DNA from: Chrysomallon squamiferum
Lineage: Eukaryota > Animalia > Mollusca
Reading direction: 5' to 3'
Assembly: GCA_012295275.1 (NCBI GenBank)
Contig: CM022668.1
Coordinates: 5,332,001-5,396,000 of the forward strand
DNA: 64,000 nt
Shown here piece by piece: positions 25,785 to 40,820 of the stretch. Numbering within the stretch: the stretch's first letter is position 1; each line of letters starts with the position of its first letter. The notes beneath the pieces are model-generated. The model was given only the letters and a program-made list of their open reading frames with translations. It had not been told where the DNA came from and made no database searches. Made by a program: the position numbers and the translations under genes.

Positions 25785-27554
25785 CTGAAGATTTTCAACG
25801 AAAAATAAGTTAAAAATTAAATTTTGTTTATCAAATACTGGTCTATTTGTTGTTTCTTTTACAACAAATAATCAAATTTTGTTTACTGATATGGAAGTTA
25901 CTTGTTAAATCATACCTATAAAAACAGTATTGAGTTATTAATTTTATTTTAAAATATTTGTTTGAAAAGTATCTGCTAGTATAAGTCAAGTATGTATGTT
26001 ATTTATGAATAATCAAAAGTGAAAACCATTGTTGTATCTTACTGACTTCTAAAACAATTAAACTTTTAAGATGAAATACTGAACGATTTCATTTCGTCTT
26101 AAGATATTTCTGTGCACTGACTAACTCATTAAAATCAAAACAACCTAGAGCTCTTACAATAACTGATTGTATTAGACTATACCAAGCGTAAAAATATGTA
26201 TTAATTTATATATATATGTATTGGTGCATGGTTTGGTTTCCTCGTTTTCCTGCGTTTGTGTGTGTGTGTTGGTATTTTTTTTTTTGTTGTTGTTGTTGTT
26301 GTTTTCATTTTTTTTATAAATGCGCCTAAAGCATATAATTCAAATAACAATAAAATACATTTATTGAACGAACACCAGAGAAGAGAAAAAAATACTAATA
26401 ATAAAGAAGAAGAAAAATTATGTAAATGAGCAAATTTGAAAAGCACACCAGAAAAAACCTCAGACAAATGTTTTCACTTTAGCTTTGGATTTTATCTCTT
26501 CACAGCTCAGAAATGTATTCATTTTCTAACTTTATTAAAATCAAGACCCCCCCCCCAAAAAAAAACCCAAACAACAACCGTAAATCAAAAATTAATAAAG
26601 CAATTTAAACAGTAAAACATCCTTATGCACAGTTCGTTGTTAGAAAATGACTCAACGTGTTTTTATTATATTTTATTTATTTATTTCTAGATATAAAACA
26701 TATGTTTATATTATTTTCATGTAAATGTGTATTATCTATAAGTGTAAACAGTTGGTAGTGATTAATTTCGCCAAAAATAACAATTCTTTTTGCTGTCCTG
26801 ACGTTTATATCTTTTAAATGAAATCCAAAAACTTATTTGTTGTAAAAATATATGTATAATAAAAAGTATAAACCTACTTTTACTGCATGATATAATGTTA
26901 AAATTTCAATATTTGTTATTATTTAAATGAAAGTTGCTGCATTCTGCATGTGTTAATACAGAAGATATTATCTGCTGTAGGATCACAATGAACTGTTTTT
27001 AATATGTTTTAAATGCTTAGAAAACAACAGATATATTCAGAATTAACAACTATAGAAAATAACTGATTTTAACCACATGTGATTCTAAAAACAGCTGGCA
27101 AAGAATTTTCTGAAGAACAAAATAATAATAAAAAATAAAATATACACAAAAGTTCTTACCTGTTTAATATTAATTTTTAATTTTTTTTATTACCATTTGT
27201 TCTTCATCTTCTATAAAAAAAAAACCATATTATTACGTATACTTATTATTTTTTAATTTTTTTTTTAATTTTAATTTTTATTTTTTTGGTCCAATTACTG
27301 TAATTTGTTGTTACCTTTAGTCGTTTTTTTTAGCAGGAAATGTTAAAAGTAAACTACAGAGAACTTGTACTTGAAAAATATGAAAAGAGAACATTTTGCT
27401 GTTGTTCTTGTTGGAAAGAACCTAAAATTATACATTTTTTTAAAATTCTTATAGTCAGTTTTTTTTTACGAATTACAAAATTAGTCGAAAGAAAAATTAC
27501 ATTCTGATCAAATTTTATAATGAATTTATTAACTTAAGCTGATCATCACCAGTA

Positions 27555-29012
27555 TATACGTTATTTTTATTACATTTATCTATTTGTTTATTTATTTCTG
27601 TTTAATCTTGTTTTGTTTTTTTTAATTTTTATTTACTTAATAAACTGATTGTTTTGTTTTTTAGATACTGTGTACACGTTATCAAAGGAAACACTATTAA
27701 AGAAACACTTTAAGAGAGAAACAGTTGGTGTTTAAGTTGTGTGTTGTCAATGAGTTTTGTCATGTGAAATACATCAGAAGTAAAACAATTTCTGCTTATG
27801 CAAACTTATAGCTGGACATTACAGTCCAGATTCTGCCTTTGTTACTTTTCTCTGATTTTTTATTATTTTTATATAAGATGTTTTCTGGTTTTCTTAGTCT
27901 TTATTCTTGTATAAATGTTTATCCATGATGAAATAATTATATTAGGTCTTTGACAAAAGTAGTTACTGTTTTCATTGTGACTGGGTTTCTTATTTTCTTT
28001 CTTTCTTTCTTTTTCTTTTTTTATAATTTGGTTATATTAATTTTTTAGATTTGTTTTGATTTCCTTAAAGGTAAGCCAACAGATAAAATAATAATGTTTG
28101 TTCATTTAATCCAGTTTTAATATTTTTTTAATCTGTGTTATGTATGGTGATTATGTACAAAATAATAAATATAAAGTAACAATGTTACTTCCCTATACAT
28201 TAATCATTTTCAACAAGTGTACTTTGCTTATTTTAATGAGATATTTATTGCAAATATATACACAACGGATATAATAACTAAGTGATATATTTTTCTCATT
28301 CAGTAATTGAATTAATACATCTCCAGCCTCATAGGTCACTTGAACAGTTTTAACTATTCTTTTAAATGGCAGAACATTTTGAAAAACTTAAAATTTCCAT
28401 GCATGAAAACAATGAAATTTTTTTTCCTCTCCTGACGTTTATATTTTTTAAATGAAATCCAAAAATTTATTTAATTGTAAAAAGTATGATATGTAATATA
28501 AAGTATCAACCTACTTTTATTGTATTATTAATTGTTATATTTTTGTTGAATAATATTTCAATATTTGTTAAAATTTTAATCAATGCTGCTGCATTTTGCA
28601 GGTGTTAATATATATAAGATGTTATTAGAATCGCAATGTACTGTCTTCAGTACTTTTAAATGTTTAGAAAACACCAAATGTATTCAGAATTATAGAAAAT
28701 AACAGATTTCGTCATCTTCTTCTTCAAAAAAAATATTATTACGTATATGTATTTATTTATTGTTGTACTATTTCTGTAATTTGCTGTTATCTTCAGTAGT
28801 TTTTTTACAAGGAAATATTAAAAGTAAAATAGAGACAGCTTGTACTTGAAATATATGAAAAGAGAACATTTTGCTGTTGTGGTTGTTAGAACTTATCAAT
28901 TTTATTTTCTTATTTAATTTTTCAAATTGTATTTTATTTTTAATCGTATACAATAGTTTGAACAATTTATGTCTAAAATATTTATTTTGTAATCAACATA
29001 AATACCTTGATT

Positions 29013-29067
<55 letters not shown>

Positions 29068-29327
29068 CAATAACAACAACTTCAACAACAGATGCCATTG
29101 ATGATTATTTAAAATTAAGCATAGTTTTAACATATATATACTAAAAATTTACAGTTCACATAGTCCAGTACTTCAGTTATACATATCCCTTTCTCAAGTT
29201 ATGGAAGACATTTTCAGAATGTTATTCTTTTTTTCAGGAGAGTTGCAAGAGTTGCATACAATTCATTCCCATGTTACACTTTATTATTTAATTTTAGGGT
29301 TATATATATATACAGAGAGAGAGAGAG

Positions 29328-29408
<81 letters not shown>

Positions 29409-31105
29409 CATACGTGTTAAACTTGCAGTTAAGAAAATAACCACACGAAACTGTATATGAAGGTATGTTTGTTAGCATGTTTGTGTCTCTGGGTGTCTGT
29501 GTGTGTGTGTGTTTTTGTGTGTGTGTGTGTGTATGTATGTGTGTGTGTATGTGTATGTGTGTATGTGTTTGTGTGTTTGTGTGTGTGTGTATGTGTGATA
29601 ACCAGAAGAACTAAATCCGTGGCAGACAGAAGAAAAAAGTGGCAGACGGCAGATTCTTCTTATTTAAAAAGTTGGTGACTGCCTCATTTTACTGGTTTTA
29701 TTAATATCTGCATTCCTTCACCTGTTTGAATTTTTATGATTTAAGACAATGGCCATTGTTTTGTTGTTATTCTTCTTTTTTTTTTTTTTTAAATCTGTCT
29801 TTTTGATCTTGTTCTTCATTTTATGTGCAATGTTTTGTTTATACATTTTGGCTGTGTTAGACATACAATGGAAACAGCATTTAATAATTGTTGCTAACTT
29901 TACTGATGTGAATTAATGTGAATTAATTAAGTCAGTTTAAATCGATTGTTTTCAGTGATGGTTTATTTAAATCAATTTTAATTCAGAAATTAGTGCATGA
30001 AGAAATAGCCTTAATTCAAATAGTCCTGTTAAGAGTTGGATTTGAAAATATTATTATTACTATAAAAATGTTAAAATATTTAAATTCAAGAGTTAGTTTC
30101 TTTAAAGCACTCACAATTCAAACATTTAACTATGAATGCTAAAATGAATTAACAAAAATAATTAAAACTGATCTGTTAAAAAGGGTTGGGTTTGAAAGTG
30201 TTTTATTACTATACAAATGAAAAAATTATTTAAATTCAAGAGTTAGTTTATCAAAATATTTTTAAACCAAACATTCGAACATCAATACTAATATGAAGTA
30301 ACAAAAATAATTCAAATAGAGCCACTTGTGAAAGCTTGGTTTCCAAAATATTCTAGTGTAGCATAAAATGTCTAAAATAATCTATAACTTTGAAAATTGT
30401 TTGTTATCTTAAAATAGTGTAAAAATAAAAATAATAATTTAATAAATAAATGCTGGATTTATGTAATAAACAAAATAATAATACAAACGAAGTATTTTAA
30501 ATTGTGGCATTGTGATAACAAAATTAACTTCAGCCCATCAAATCATCGGTTATATATCTAAAAGTGTTCGGTTTGAAACTAGACACTCACAAGAAAATAT
30601 GTCTAACTGATTTAAGTTAGTTCGAATGCAAATTAAAGGGACTGATTTAAATAAAAAATCATTTCAAACAAAATGTAAAGAACATCAAAGTGAACTCGTA
30701 AATGCTTGTTACATATTAATTTATGTTAGCGTGAATGCAAATAAAATAAGCTGATTTAAATAAACCATTGTTTAAAGAAAATGCATCACGAAATTCAAAA
30801 TGAATGCATAAATGCTTATTAAAATGTTTTAGCTTTGTGGGTTGATTGATGTAATAGAAAGAGCAACAGAAAAACAAACAGAAGTAATAAATGAAAGCAA
30901 ATTAATAATTGCAATAGTACATGTGTGCATTTTGTTGGTACGTGATACATTTAGCAGTAGATATTATTGCATAAGGGTGAATAACTGTTGACTTTTACTT
31001 TTTGTATTTTTGAGTTGCTTTTGAATTTGTATACAGCTGAGAAAAATAAAACATTTATAAAGTTAACCTTCTGTTATTTGATAAAGTATTTATTTATTTC
31101 AGCTT
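27555..31105 (-). repeat. Right arm of the inverted segmental duplication (partner 13090-16590)
   Basis: Reverse-complement matches to 13090-16590, e.g. 'gatactgtgtacacgttatcaaaggaaacac' at ~27664 vs 'gtgtttcctttgataacgtgtacacagtatc' at ~16449. Confidence 0.8.
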
Positions 31106-31931
31106 CTAGTATGGGACAGCATCTTCCACTTGAACACCTCGATAAGCACTTTCTGAAAATTTTAACAAAAATAAGTTAAAAATTAAAAATTAATAATAAA
31201 TAAGTAACAGAATTCAAAGTAAATTCTGCTATAAAATTAAAATAAATGCAGCTTAATGTGATTTCTTTGTTTGTTTTGTGATGTCAATTATTTGCTAATA
31301 ATAAAGTATAATGACAAAATAACAAAGAATAAAATGATGTAGGTGTATAATGTGACCCCATGGTTCAAGAAAAAAAAAACCCAAAACAACCAGTAATTAA
31401 TAATGTTGACAGTGAAGATGATAATAACTATAAAGTCACATTTATGTTTATTTTCTTCAAACCATCTGAAAAAGTACTAGAAATAAATTACTGTTATTAA
31501 ATTGGAATGTTATTGACTAGCAATATTACACTTCAATATTATGATCACATTAAATTCATGTTATAATGTTGTAAGTTTACTTGACCAGTATTGATACAAT
31601 GTTTCTCATATATTGTAATTAGAAAAGATCAACTGGAAGTTCACAGATTTATACTTTGTTTAAAAACTAACAAAGGTTCAAATATCTTCTTATTCTGTAC
31701 TTCATTATTAGAAAAATATTTTCTCCAAAAGCAATGAAAAATTAATTAAATGCATAATTACTTTGTCCCCTTTGTTCTCTTAAGCTGATTTCACGACCTG
31801 AAACCAAAATATTGTCATAAAAAACAAAAACACCAGATGAAACCTTAAACATAAATAAAAATATCTCTCTCTCTCTCACACACAAACACACACACATACA
31901 CACACACAGACACATACACACACACATACAC

Positions 31932-31995
<64 letters not shown>

Positions 31996-32049
31996 ATACA
32001 CACAGACACATACAAACACTCACACAAAATGCAAACAAAATGTAAAAAC

Positions 32050-35000
32050 ATTTTGTATACATATTTATAAATTACTGCTAATACTATAAGAAGAACAACA
32101 TTTGATGGAAATATAAAGAATAAATTTAAGGGAGACATACAAAGAGAAACAATGAGATAGAATGAGAGAGATATTCAGTGATACGAATGTGGAGAGCCCA
32201 GACTGGGTCTGTGTTTATGAATCACTCATTATGATATAGTAGCTGGAATAAGAGCAGGGAATCATGACTTATACACAGTGCTGTTGACTAGCAATATTAC
32301 ATGTCAATATTATGATCAGATTAAATTCATGTTATAATGTTGTAAGTTTACTTGAGCTGTAATACAAATATTCTCGTATATTGTAGAAAAGACTGGCCTC
32401 CAAAAACAAATAATACAATCAGTTGGAAGTAAACAAATTTATACTTTGTGTTTAAAAGTAACAAAGACTCAAATATATTCTGTACTTCATTATTAGAAAA
32501 TTATTTTCTCCAAAAGCAATGAAAAATTAATTAAATGTATAATTACCTAGTCTCCTTTGTTCTCTTAAGCTGATTTCACGATCTGAAACCAAAATATTTT
32601 CATAAAAAACAAAAACACCAGATGAAACCTTAAACATAAATAAAAATATCTCTCTCTCACAAACACACACACATACACACACACAGACACATACACACAC
32701 ACATCCACACACACAATACACATACATACACACACACACACGCACATACACACACATACACACACAGACACATACACACAGACACATACAAACACAGACA
32801 CAGACAAATGCAAACAAAATATAAAAACATTTTGTATACATATTTATAAATTACTGCTAATACTATAAGAAGAAAAACATTTAATGGAAATATAAAGAAT
32901 AAATTCAAGGGTGACAGACAAAGAGAAACAAAGAGACAGAATGAGGGAGAGATTTAGTGATATGAATGTGGAGAGCCCAGACTGGGTCTGTGTTTATGAA
33001 TCACTCATTATGATATAGTAGCTGGAATAAGAGCAGGGAATCAGTACTTACACACTGGATAATTCAAATCTCCAGCAGTACAGGTCTGTGTAAACAGCAC
33101 CAAACAAATCACAAAGGCATACGAAAAAACAAATGAATGTATATGTATGTGTGACATATACGTCTCACCTATATTGTTTGTACCAAATATAATACTGTTA
33201 TTAAAGAGGCCTATTCCTGCTTATCCCAAATTAGTAAAATATCTGAAAATATACCTCGAGGATTAGCATCCATATTGGGGACGAGGCCCAGGTTTACATC
33301 ATTTCTATCCAACTCCTGTTCCACGTTTGGAATCTGATTCACTCCTATTTTCAATAAATAATTGAAAAATAAAAAATTAATAAGTAAGTAACACAACTCA
33401 AAGTAAGTTCCGCTATAAAATTAAAATATATGTGATTTCTTTATTTGTTTTGCGATGTCAATTATTTGCTAATAATAAGGTAAGATGATAAAACAACAAA
33501 GAGTAGAACTATGCAGGTGAATCATTTCTTGTTGCTCTTTCAAAAAATAGAAATAAAATACATGATAGTACCGGATCTAAGGTCACATTTTTTTTAACTT
33601 CAAGACATATGGAAAAAGTTCCAGAAATAAATGACCTTTATAAATTATTATTAAATTACTGTGGTAATACACAATTTCTCGTATATTGTAATTAAAAAAT
33701 TTAAAAAAGCAGATGGAACTTTAACATAAATAAAAATCTCTCTCACACGCACTCATACACACACAGACACAAACAAACACACATAGGCATGCACATACAA
33801 ACACACTTTTTGTATACATATTTATAAATTACTGCTAATACTATAAGAAAAAAAGCATTTAATGGAAATATAAAGAATAAATTCAAGGGTGACATACAAA
33901 GAGAAACAAAGAGACAGAATGAGGGAGAGATTTAGTGAAATGAATGTGGAGAGCCCAGACTGGGTCTGTGTTTATGAATCACTCATTATGATATAGTAGC
34001 TGGAATAAGAGCAGGGAATCATGACTTATACACAGTGCTGTTGACTAGCAATATTACATGTCAATATTATGATCAGATTAAATTCATGTTATAATGTTGT
34101 AAGTTTACTTGAGCTGTAATACAAATATTCTCGTATATTGTAGAAAAGACTGGCCTCCAAAAACAAATAATACAATCAGTTGGAAGTAAACAAATTTATA
34201 CTTTGTGTTTAAAAGTAACAAAGACTCAAATATATTCTGTACTTCATTATTAGAAAATTATTTTCTCCAAAAGCAATGAAAAATTAATTAAATGTATAAT
34301 TACCTAGTCTCCTTTATTCTCTTAAGCTGATTTCACGATCTGAAACCAAAATATTTTCATAAAAAACAAAAACACCAGATGAAACCTTAAACATAAATAA
34401 AAATATCTCTCTCTCACAAACACACACCCATACACACACACAGACACATACACACACACATCCACACACACAATACACATACATACACACACACACACGC
34501 ACATACACACACATACACACACAGACACATACACACAGACACATACAAACACAGACACAGACAAATGCAAACAAAATGCACAACAAAAACATTTTGTATA
34601 CATATTTATAAATTACTGCTAATACTATAAGAAGAAAAACATTTAATGGAAATATAAAGAATAAATTCAAGGGTGACAGACAAAGAGAAACAAAGAGACA
34701 GAATGAGGGAGAGATTTAGTGATATGAATGTGGAGAGCCCAGACTGGGTCTGTGTTTATGAATCACTCATTATGATATAGTAGCTGGAATAAGAGCAGGG
34801 AATCAGTACTTACACACTGGAGAATTCAAATCTCCAGCAGTACAGGTCTGTGTAAACAGCACCAAACAAATCACAAAGGCATACGAAAAAACAAATGAAT
34901 GTATATGTATGTGTGACATATACGTCTCACCTATATTGTTTTGTACCAAATATAATACTGTTATTAAAGAGGCCTATTCCTGCTTATCCCAAATTAGTAA

Positions 35001-38000
35001 AATATCTGAAAATATACCTCGAGGATTAGCATCCATATTGGGGACGAGGCCCAGGTTTACATCATTTCTATCCAACTCCTGTTCCACGTTTGGAATCTGA
35101 TTCACTCCTATTTTCAATAAATAATTGAAAAATAAAAAATTAATAAGTAAGTAACACAACTCAAAGTAAGTTCCGCTATAAAATTAAAATATATGTGATT
35201 TCTTTATTTGTTTTGCGATGTCAATTATTTGCTAATAATAAGGTAAGATGATAAAACAACAAAGAGTAGAACTATGCAGGTGAATCATTTCTTGTTGCTC
35301 TTTCAAAAAATAGAAAAAAAATACATGATAGTACCGGATCTAAGGTCACATTTTTTTTTAACTTCAAGACATATGGAAAAAGTTCCAGAAATAAATGACC
35401 TTTATAAATTATTATTAAATTACTGTGGTAATACACAATTTCTCGTATATTGTAATTAAAAAATTTAAAAAAGCAGATGGAACTTTAACATAAATAAAAA
35501 TCTCTCTCACACGCACTCATACACACACAGACACAAACAAACACACATAGGCATGCACATACAAACACACTTTTTGTATACATATTTATAAATTACTGCT
35601 AATACTATAAGAAAAAAAGCATTTAATGGAAATATAAAGAATAAATTCAAGGGTGACATACAAAGAGAAACAAAGAGACAGAATGAGGGAGAGATTTAGT
35701 GATATGAATGTGGAGAGCCCAGACTGGGTCTGTGTTTATGAATCACTCATTATGATATAGTAGCTGGAATAAGAGCAGGGAATCAGTACTTACACACTGG
35801 AGAATTCAAATCTCCAGCAGTACAGGTCTGTGTAAACAGCACCAAACAAATCACAAAGGCATAAACAAAAAAAACAAATGAATGTATATGTATGTGTGAC
35901 ATATACGTCTCACCTATATTGTTTGTACCAAATATAATACTGTTATTAAAGAGGCCTATTCCTGCTGATCCCAAATTAGTAAAATATCTGAAAATATACC
36001 TCGAGGATTAGCATCCATATTGGGGACGAGGCCCAGGTTTGCATCATTTCTATCCAACTCCTGTTCCAAGTTTGGTATCTGATTCACTCGTATTTTCACT
36101 GAATAATTGAAATATTAAAAATTAATAAATAAGTAACACAACTCAAAGTAAGTTCCGCTATAAAATTAAAATATATGTGATTTCTTTATTTGTTTTGCGA
36201 TGTCAATTATTTGCTAATAATAAGGTAAGATGATAAAACAACAAAGAGTAGAACTATGCAGGTGAATCATTTCTTGTTGCTCTTTCAAAAAAAAAAAAAA
36301 AAATACATGATAGTACCGGATCTAAGGTCACATTTTTTTTAACTTCAAGACATATGGAAAAAGTTCCAGAAATAAATGACCTTTATAAATTATTATTAAA
36401 TTACTGTGGTAATACACAATTTCTCGTATATTGTAATTAAAAAATTTAAAAAAGCAGATGGAACTTTAACATAAATAAAAATCTCTCTCACACGCACTCA
36501 TACACACACAGACACAAACAAACACACATAGGCATGCACATACAAACACACTTTTTGTATACATATTTATAAATTACTGCTAATACTATAAGAAAAAAAG
36601 CATTTAATGGAAATATAAAGAATAAATTCAAGGGTGACATACAAAGAGAAACAAAGAGACAGAATGAGGGAGAGATTTAGTGAAATGAATGTGGAGAGCC
36701 CAGACTGGGTCTGTGTTTATGAATCACTCATTATGATATAGTAGCTGGAATAAGAGCAGGGAATCAGTACTTACACACTGGAGAATTCAAATCTCCAGCA
36801 GTACAGGTCTGTGTAAACAGCACCAAACAAATCACAAAGGCATACGAAAAAACAAATGAATGTATATGTATGTGTGACATATACGTCTCACCTATATTGT
36901 TTGTACTAAATATAATACTGTTATTAAAGAGGCCTATTCCTGCTGATCCCAAATTAGTAAAATATCTGAAAATATACCTCGAGGATTAGCATCCATATTT
37001 GGGACGAGGCCCAGGTTTGCATCATTTCTATCCAACTCCTGTTCCACGTTTGGAATCTGATTCACTCCTATTTTCAATAAATAATTGAAAAATAAAAAAT
37101 TAATAAGTAAGTAACACAACTCAAAGTAAGTTCCGCTATAAAATTAAAATATATGTGATTTCTTTATTTGTTTTTTGCGATGTCAATTATTTGCTAATAA
37201 TAAGGTAAGATGATAAAACAACAAAGAGTAGAACTATGCAGGTGAATCATTTCTTGTTGCTCTTCAAAAAAAATAGAAAAAAAAATACATGATAGTACCG
37301 GATCTAAGGTCACATTTTTTTTAACTTCAAGACATATGGAAAAAGTTCCAGAAATAAATGACCTTTATAAATTATTATTAAATTACTGTGGTAATACACA
37401 ATTTCTCGTATATTGTAATTAAAAATTTAAAAAGCAGATGGAACTTTAACATAAAAAAAAATCTCTCTCACACGCACTCATACACACACAGACACAAACA
37501 AACACACATAGGCATGCACATACAAACACACTTTTTGTATACATATTTATAAATTACTGCTAATACTATAAGAAAAAAAGCATTTAATGGAAATATAAAG
37601 AATAAATTCAAGGGTGACATACAAAGAGAAACAAAGAGACAGAATGAGGGAGAGATTTAGTGAAATGAATGTGGAGAGCCCAGACTGGGTCTGTGTTTAT
37701 GAATCACTCATTATGATATAGTAGCTGGAATAAGAGCAGGGAATCAGTACTTACACACTGGAGAATTCAAATCTCCAGCAGTACAGGTCTGTGTAAACAG
37801 CACCAAACAAATCACAAAGGCATACGAAAAAACAAATGAATGTATATGTATGTGTGACATATACGTCTCACCTATATTGTTTGTACTAAATATAATACTG
37901 TTATTAAAGAGGCCTATTCCTGCTGATCCCAAATTAGTAAAATATCTGAAAATATACCTCGAGGATTAGCATCCATATTGGGGACGAGGCCCAGGTTTGC

Positions 38001-39846
38001 ATCATTTCTATCCAACTCCTGTTCCACGTTTGGAATCTGATTCACTCCTATTTTCAATAAATAATTGAAAAATAAAAAAATTAATAAGTAAGTAACACAA
38101 CTCAAAGTAAGTTCCGCTATAAAATTAAAATATATGTGATTTCTTTATTTGTTTTGCGATGTCAATTATTTGCTAATAATAAGGTAAGATGATAAAACAA
38201 CAAAGAGTAGAACTATGCAGGTGAATCATTTCTTGTTGCTCTTTCAAAAAATAGAAAAAAAATACATGATAGTACCGGATCTAAGGTCACATTTTTTTTA
38301 ACTTCAAGACATATGGAAAAAGTTCCAGAAATAAATGACCTTTATAAATTATTATTAAATTACTGTGGTAATACACAATTTCTCGTATATTGTAATTAAA
38401 AAATTTAAAAAAGCAGATGGAACTTTAACATAAATAAAAATCTCTCTCACACGCACTCATACACACACAGACGCAAACAAACACACATAGGCACGCACAT
38501 ACAAACACACTTTTTGTATACATATTTATAAATTACTGCTAATACTATAAGAAAAAAAGCATTTAATGGAAATATAAAGAATAAATTCAAGGGTGACATA
38601 CAAAGAGAAACAAAGAGACAGAATGAGGGAGAGATTTAGTGAAATGAATGTGGAGAGCCCAGACTGGGTCTGTGTTTATGAATCACTCATTATGATATAG
38701 TAGCTGGAATAAGAGCAGGGAATCAGTACTTACACACTGGAGAATTCAAATCTCCAGCAGTACAGGTCTGTGTAAACAGCACCAAACAAATCACAAAGGC
38801 ATACGAAAAAACAAATGAATGTATATGTATGTGTGACATATACGTCTCACCTATATTGTTTGTACTAAATATAATACTGTTATTAAAGAGGCCTATTCCT
38901 GCTGATCCCAAATTAGTAAAATATCTGAAAATATACCTCGAGGATTAGCATCCATATTGGGGACGAGGCCCAGGTTTGCATCATTTCTATCCAACTCCTG
39001 TTCCACGTTTGGAATCTGATTCACTCCTATTTTCAATAAATAATTGAAAAATAAAAAAATTAATAAGTAAGTAACACAACTCAAAGTAAGTTCCGCTATA
39101 AAATTAAAATATATGTGATTTCTTTATTTGTTTTGCGATGTCAATTATTTGCTAATAATAAGGTAAGATGATAAAACAACAAAGATTAGAACTATGCAGG
39201 TGAATCATTTCTTGTTGCTCTTTCAAAAAATAGAAATAAAATACATGATAGTACCGGATCTAAGGTCACATTTTTTTTAACTTCAAGACATATGGAAAAA
39301 GTTCCAGAAATAAATGACCTTTATAAATTATTATTAAATTACTGTGGTAATACACAATTTCTCGTATATTGTAATTAAAAAATTTAAAAAAGCAGATGGA
39401 ATTTTAACATAAATAAAAATCTCTCTCACACGCACTCATACACACACAGACACAAACAAACACACATAGGCATGCACATACAAACACACTTTTTGTATAC
39501 ATATTTATAAATTACTGCTAATACTATAAGAAAAAAAGCATTTAATGGAAATATAAAGAATAAATTCAAGGGTGACATACAAAGAGAAACAAAGAGACAG
39601 AATGAGGGAGAGATTTAGTGAAATGAATGTGGAGAGCCCAGACTGGGTCTGTGTTTATGAATCACTCATTATGATATAGTAGCTGGAATAAGAGCAGGGA
39701 ATCAGTACTTACACACTGGAGAATTCAAATCTCCAGCAGTACAGGTCTGTGTAAACAGCACCAAACAAATCACAAAGGCATACGAAAAAACAAATGAATG
39801 TATATGTATGTGTGACATATACGTCTCACCTATATTGTTTGTACTA
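32050..39846 (-). repeat. Tandem array of ~780-bp and ~980-bp caspase-derived units containing cassette exons
   Basis: Anchor 'ttttgtatacatatttataaattactgc' at about 32051, 32831, 33808, 34593, 35572, 36552, 37532, 38512, 39491. Long units carry exon NQIPNVEQELDRND(V/A)NLGLVPNMDANPR (3' ends 33255, 35018, 36000, 36978, 37958, 38937), homologous to 58996-59088. Confidence 0.9.
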
Positions 39847-40230
39847 ATACAAAATAAAAATACAGAAAATTAGTTACCTGGGTAATATTAATTTTCAATT
39901 ATTTTATTATTATGATTTCTTCTTCATCATCTTCTTTAAAAAAAAAAATTATTATTATTTATTTATTTATTTATTTATTTAAGTTGTACTATTACTGTAA
40001 TTTGCTGTTATCGTTAGAAATATTTTTTATTAGGAAAAGTAAAATACTCAGAGTTTGTACTTGAAATATATGAAAAGAGAACATTTTGCTGTTGTGGTTG
40101 TTAGAACTTATCAATTTTATTTTCACATTTCATTTTTCAAATTTTATTTTATTTTTAATCATATATAATAGTTTGAACAATTTGTGTCTAAAATATTCAC
40201 TTTTGCAATCAACATAAATACCTTGATTTT

Positions 40231-40268
<38 letters not shown>

Positions 40269-40550
40269 CAACAACAACAACAACAACAGATGCCATTGAG
40301 AATTATTTAAAATTAAGCATAGTATTAACATATATATACTTAAAATTTACAGTTCACATAGTCCAGTACTTCAGTTATACATATCCCTTTCTCAAGTTAT
40401 GGAAAAACATTTTCAAAATGTTATTCATTTTCTTCAGGAGAATTACAAGAGTTGGGTACAATTCATTCCAATGTTACATTTTATTATTTACTTTTATGAT
40501 TATATCTATATCTATATCTATATCTATATCTATCTATATCTATCTATCTA

Positions 40551-40672
<122 letters not shown>

Positions 40673-40764
40673 CTTACATACATGTTAAACTTGCAGTTAA
40701 GAAAATAACCACACAAAACTGTATATGAAGGTATGTGTATGTGTGTGTATCTGTGTGTGACTGT

Positions 40765-40820
<56 letters not shown>

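Noticed and set aside
32050-39846. Repeated 61-63 aa ORFs (MCYLLIN..., MGSAGIG...) as a small-protein gene family
   Set aside because: They span intron sequence; only the central ~29 codons match a caspase exon bounded by splice sites.
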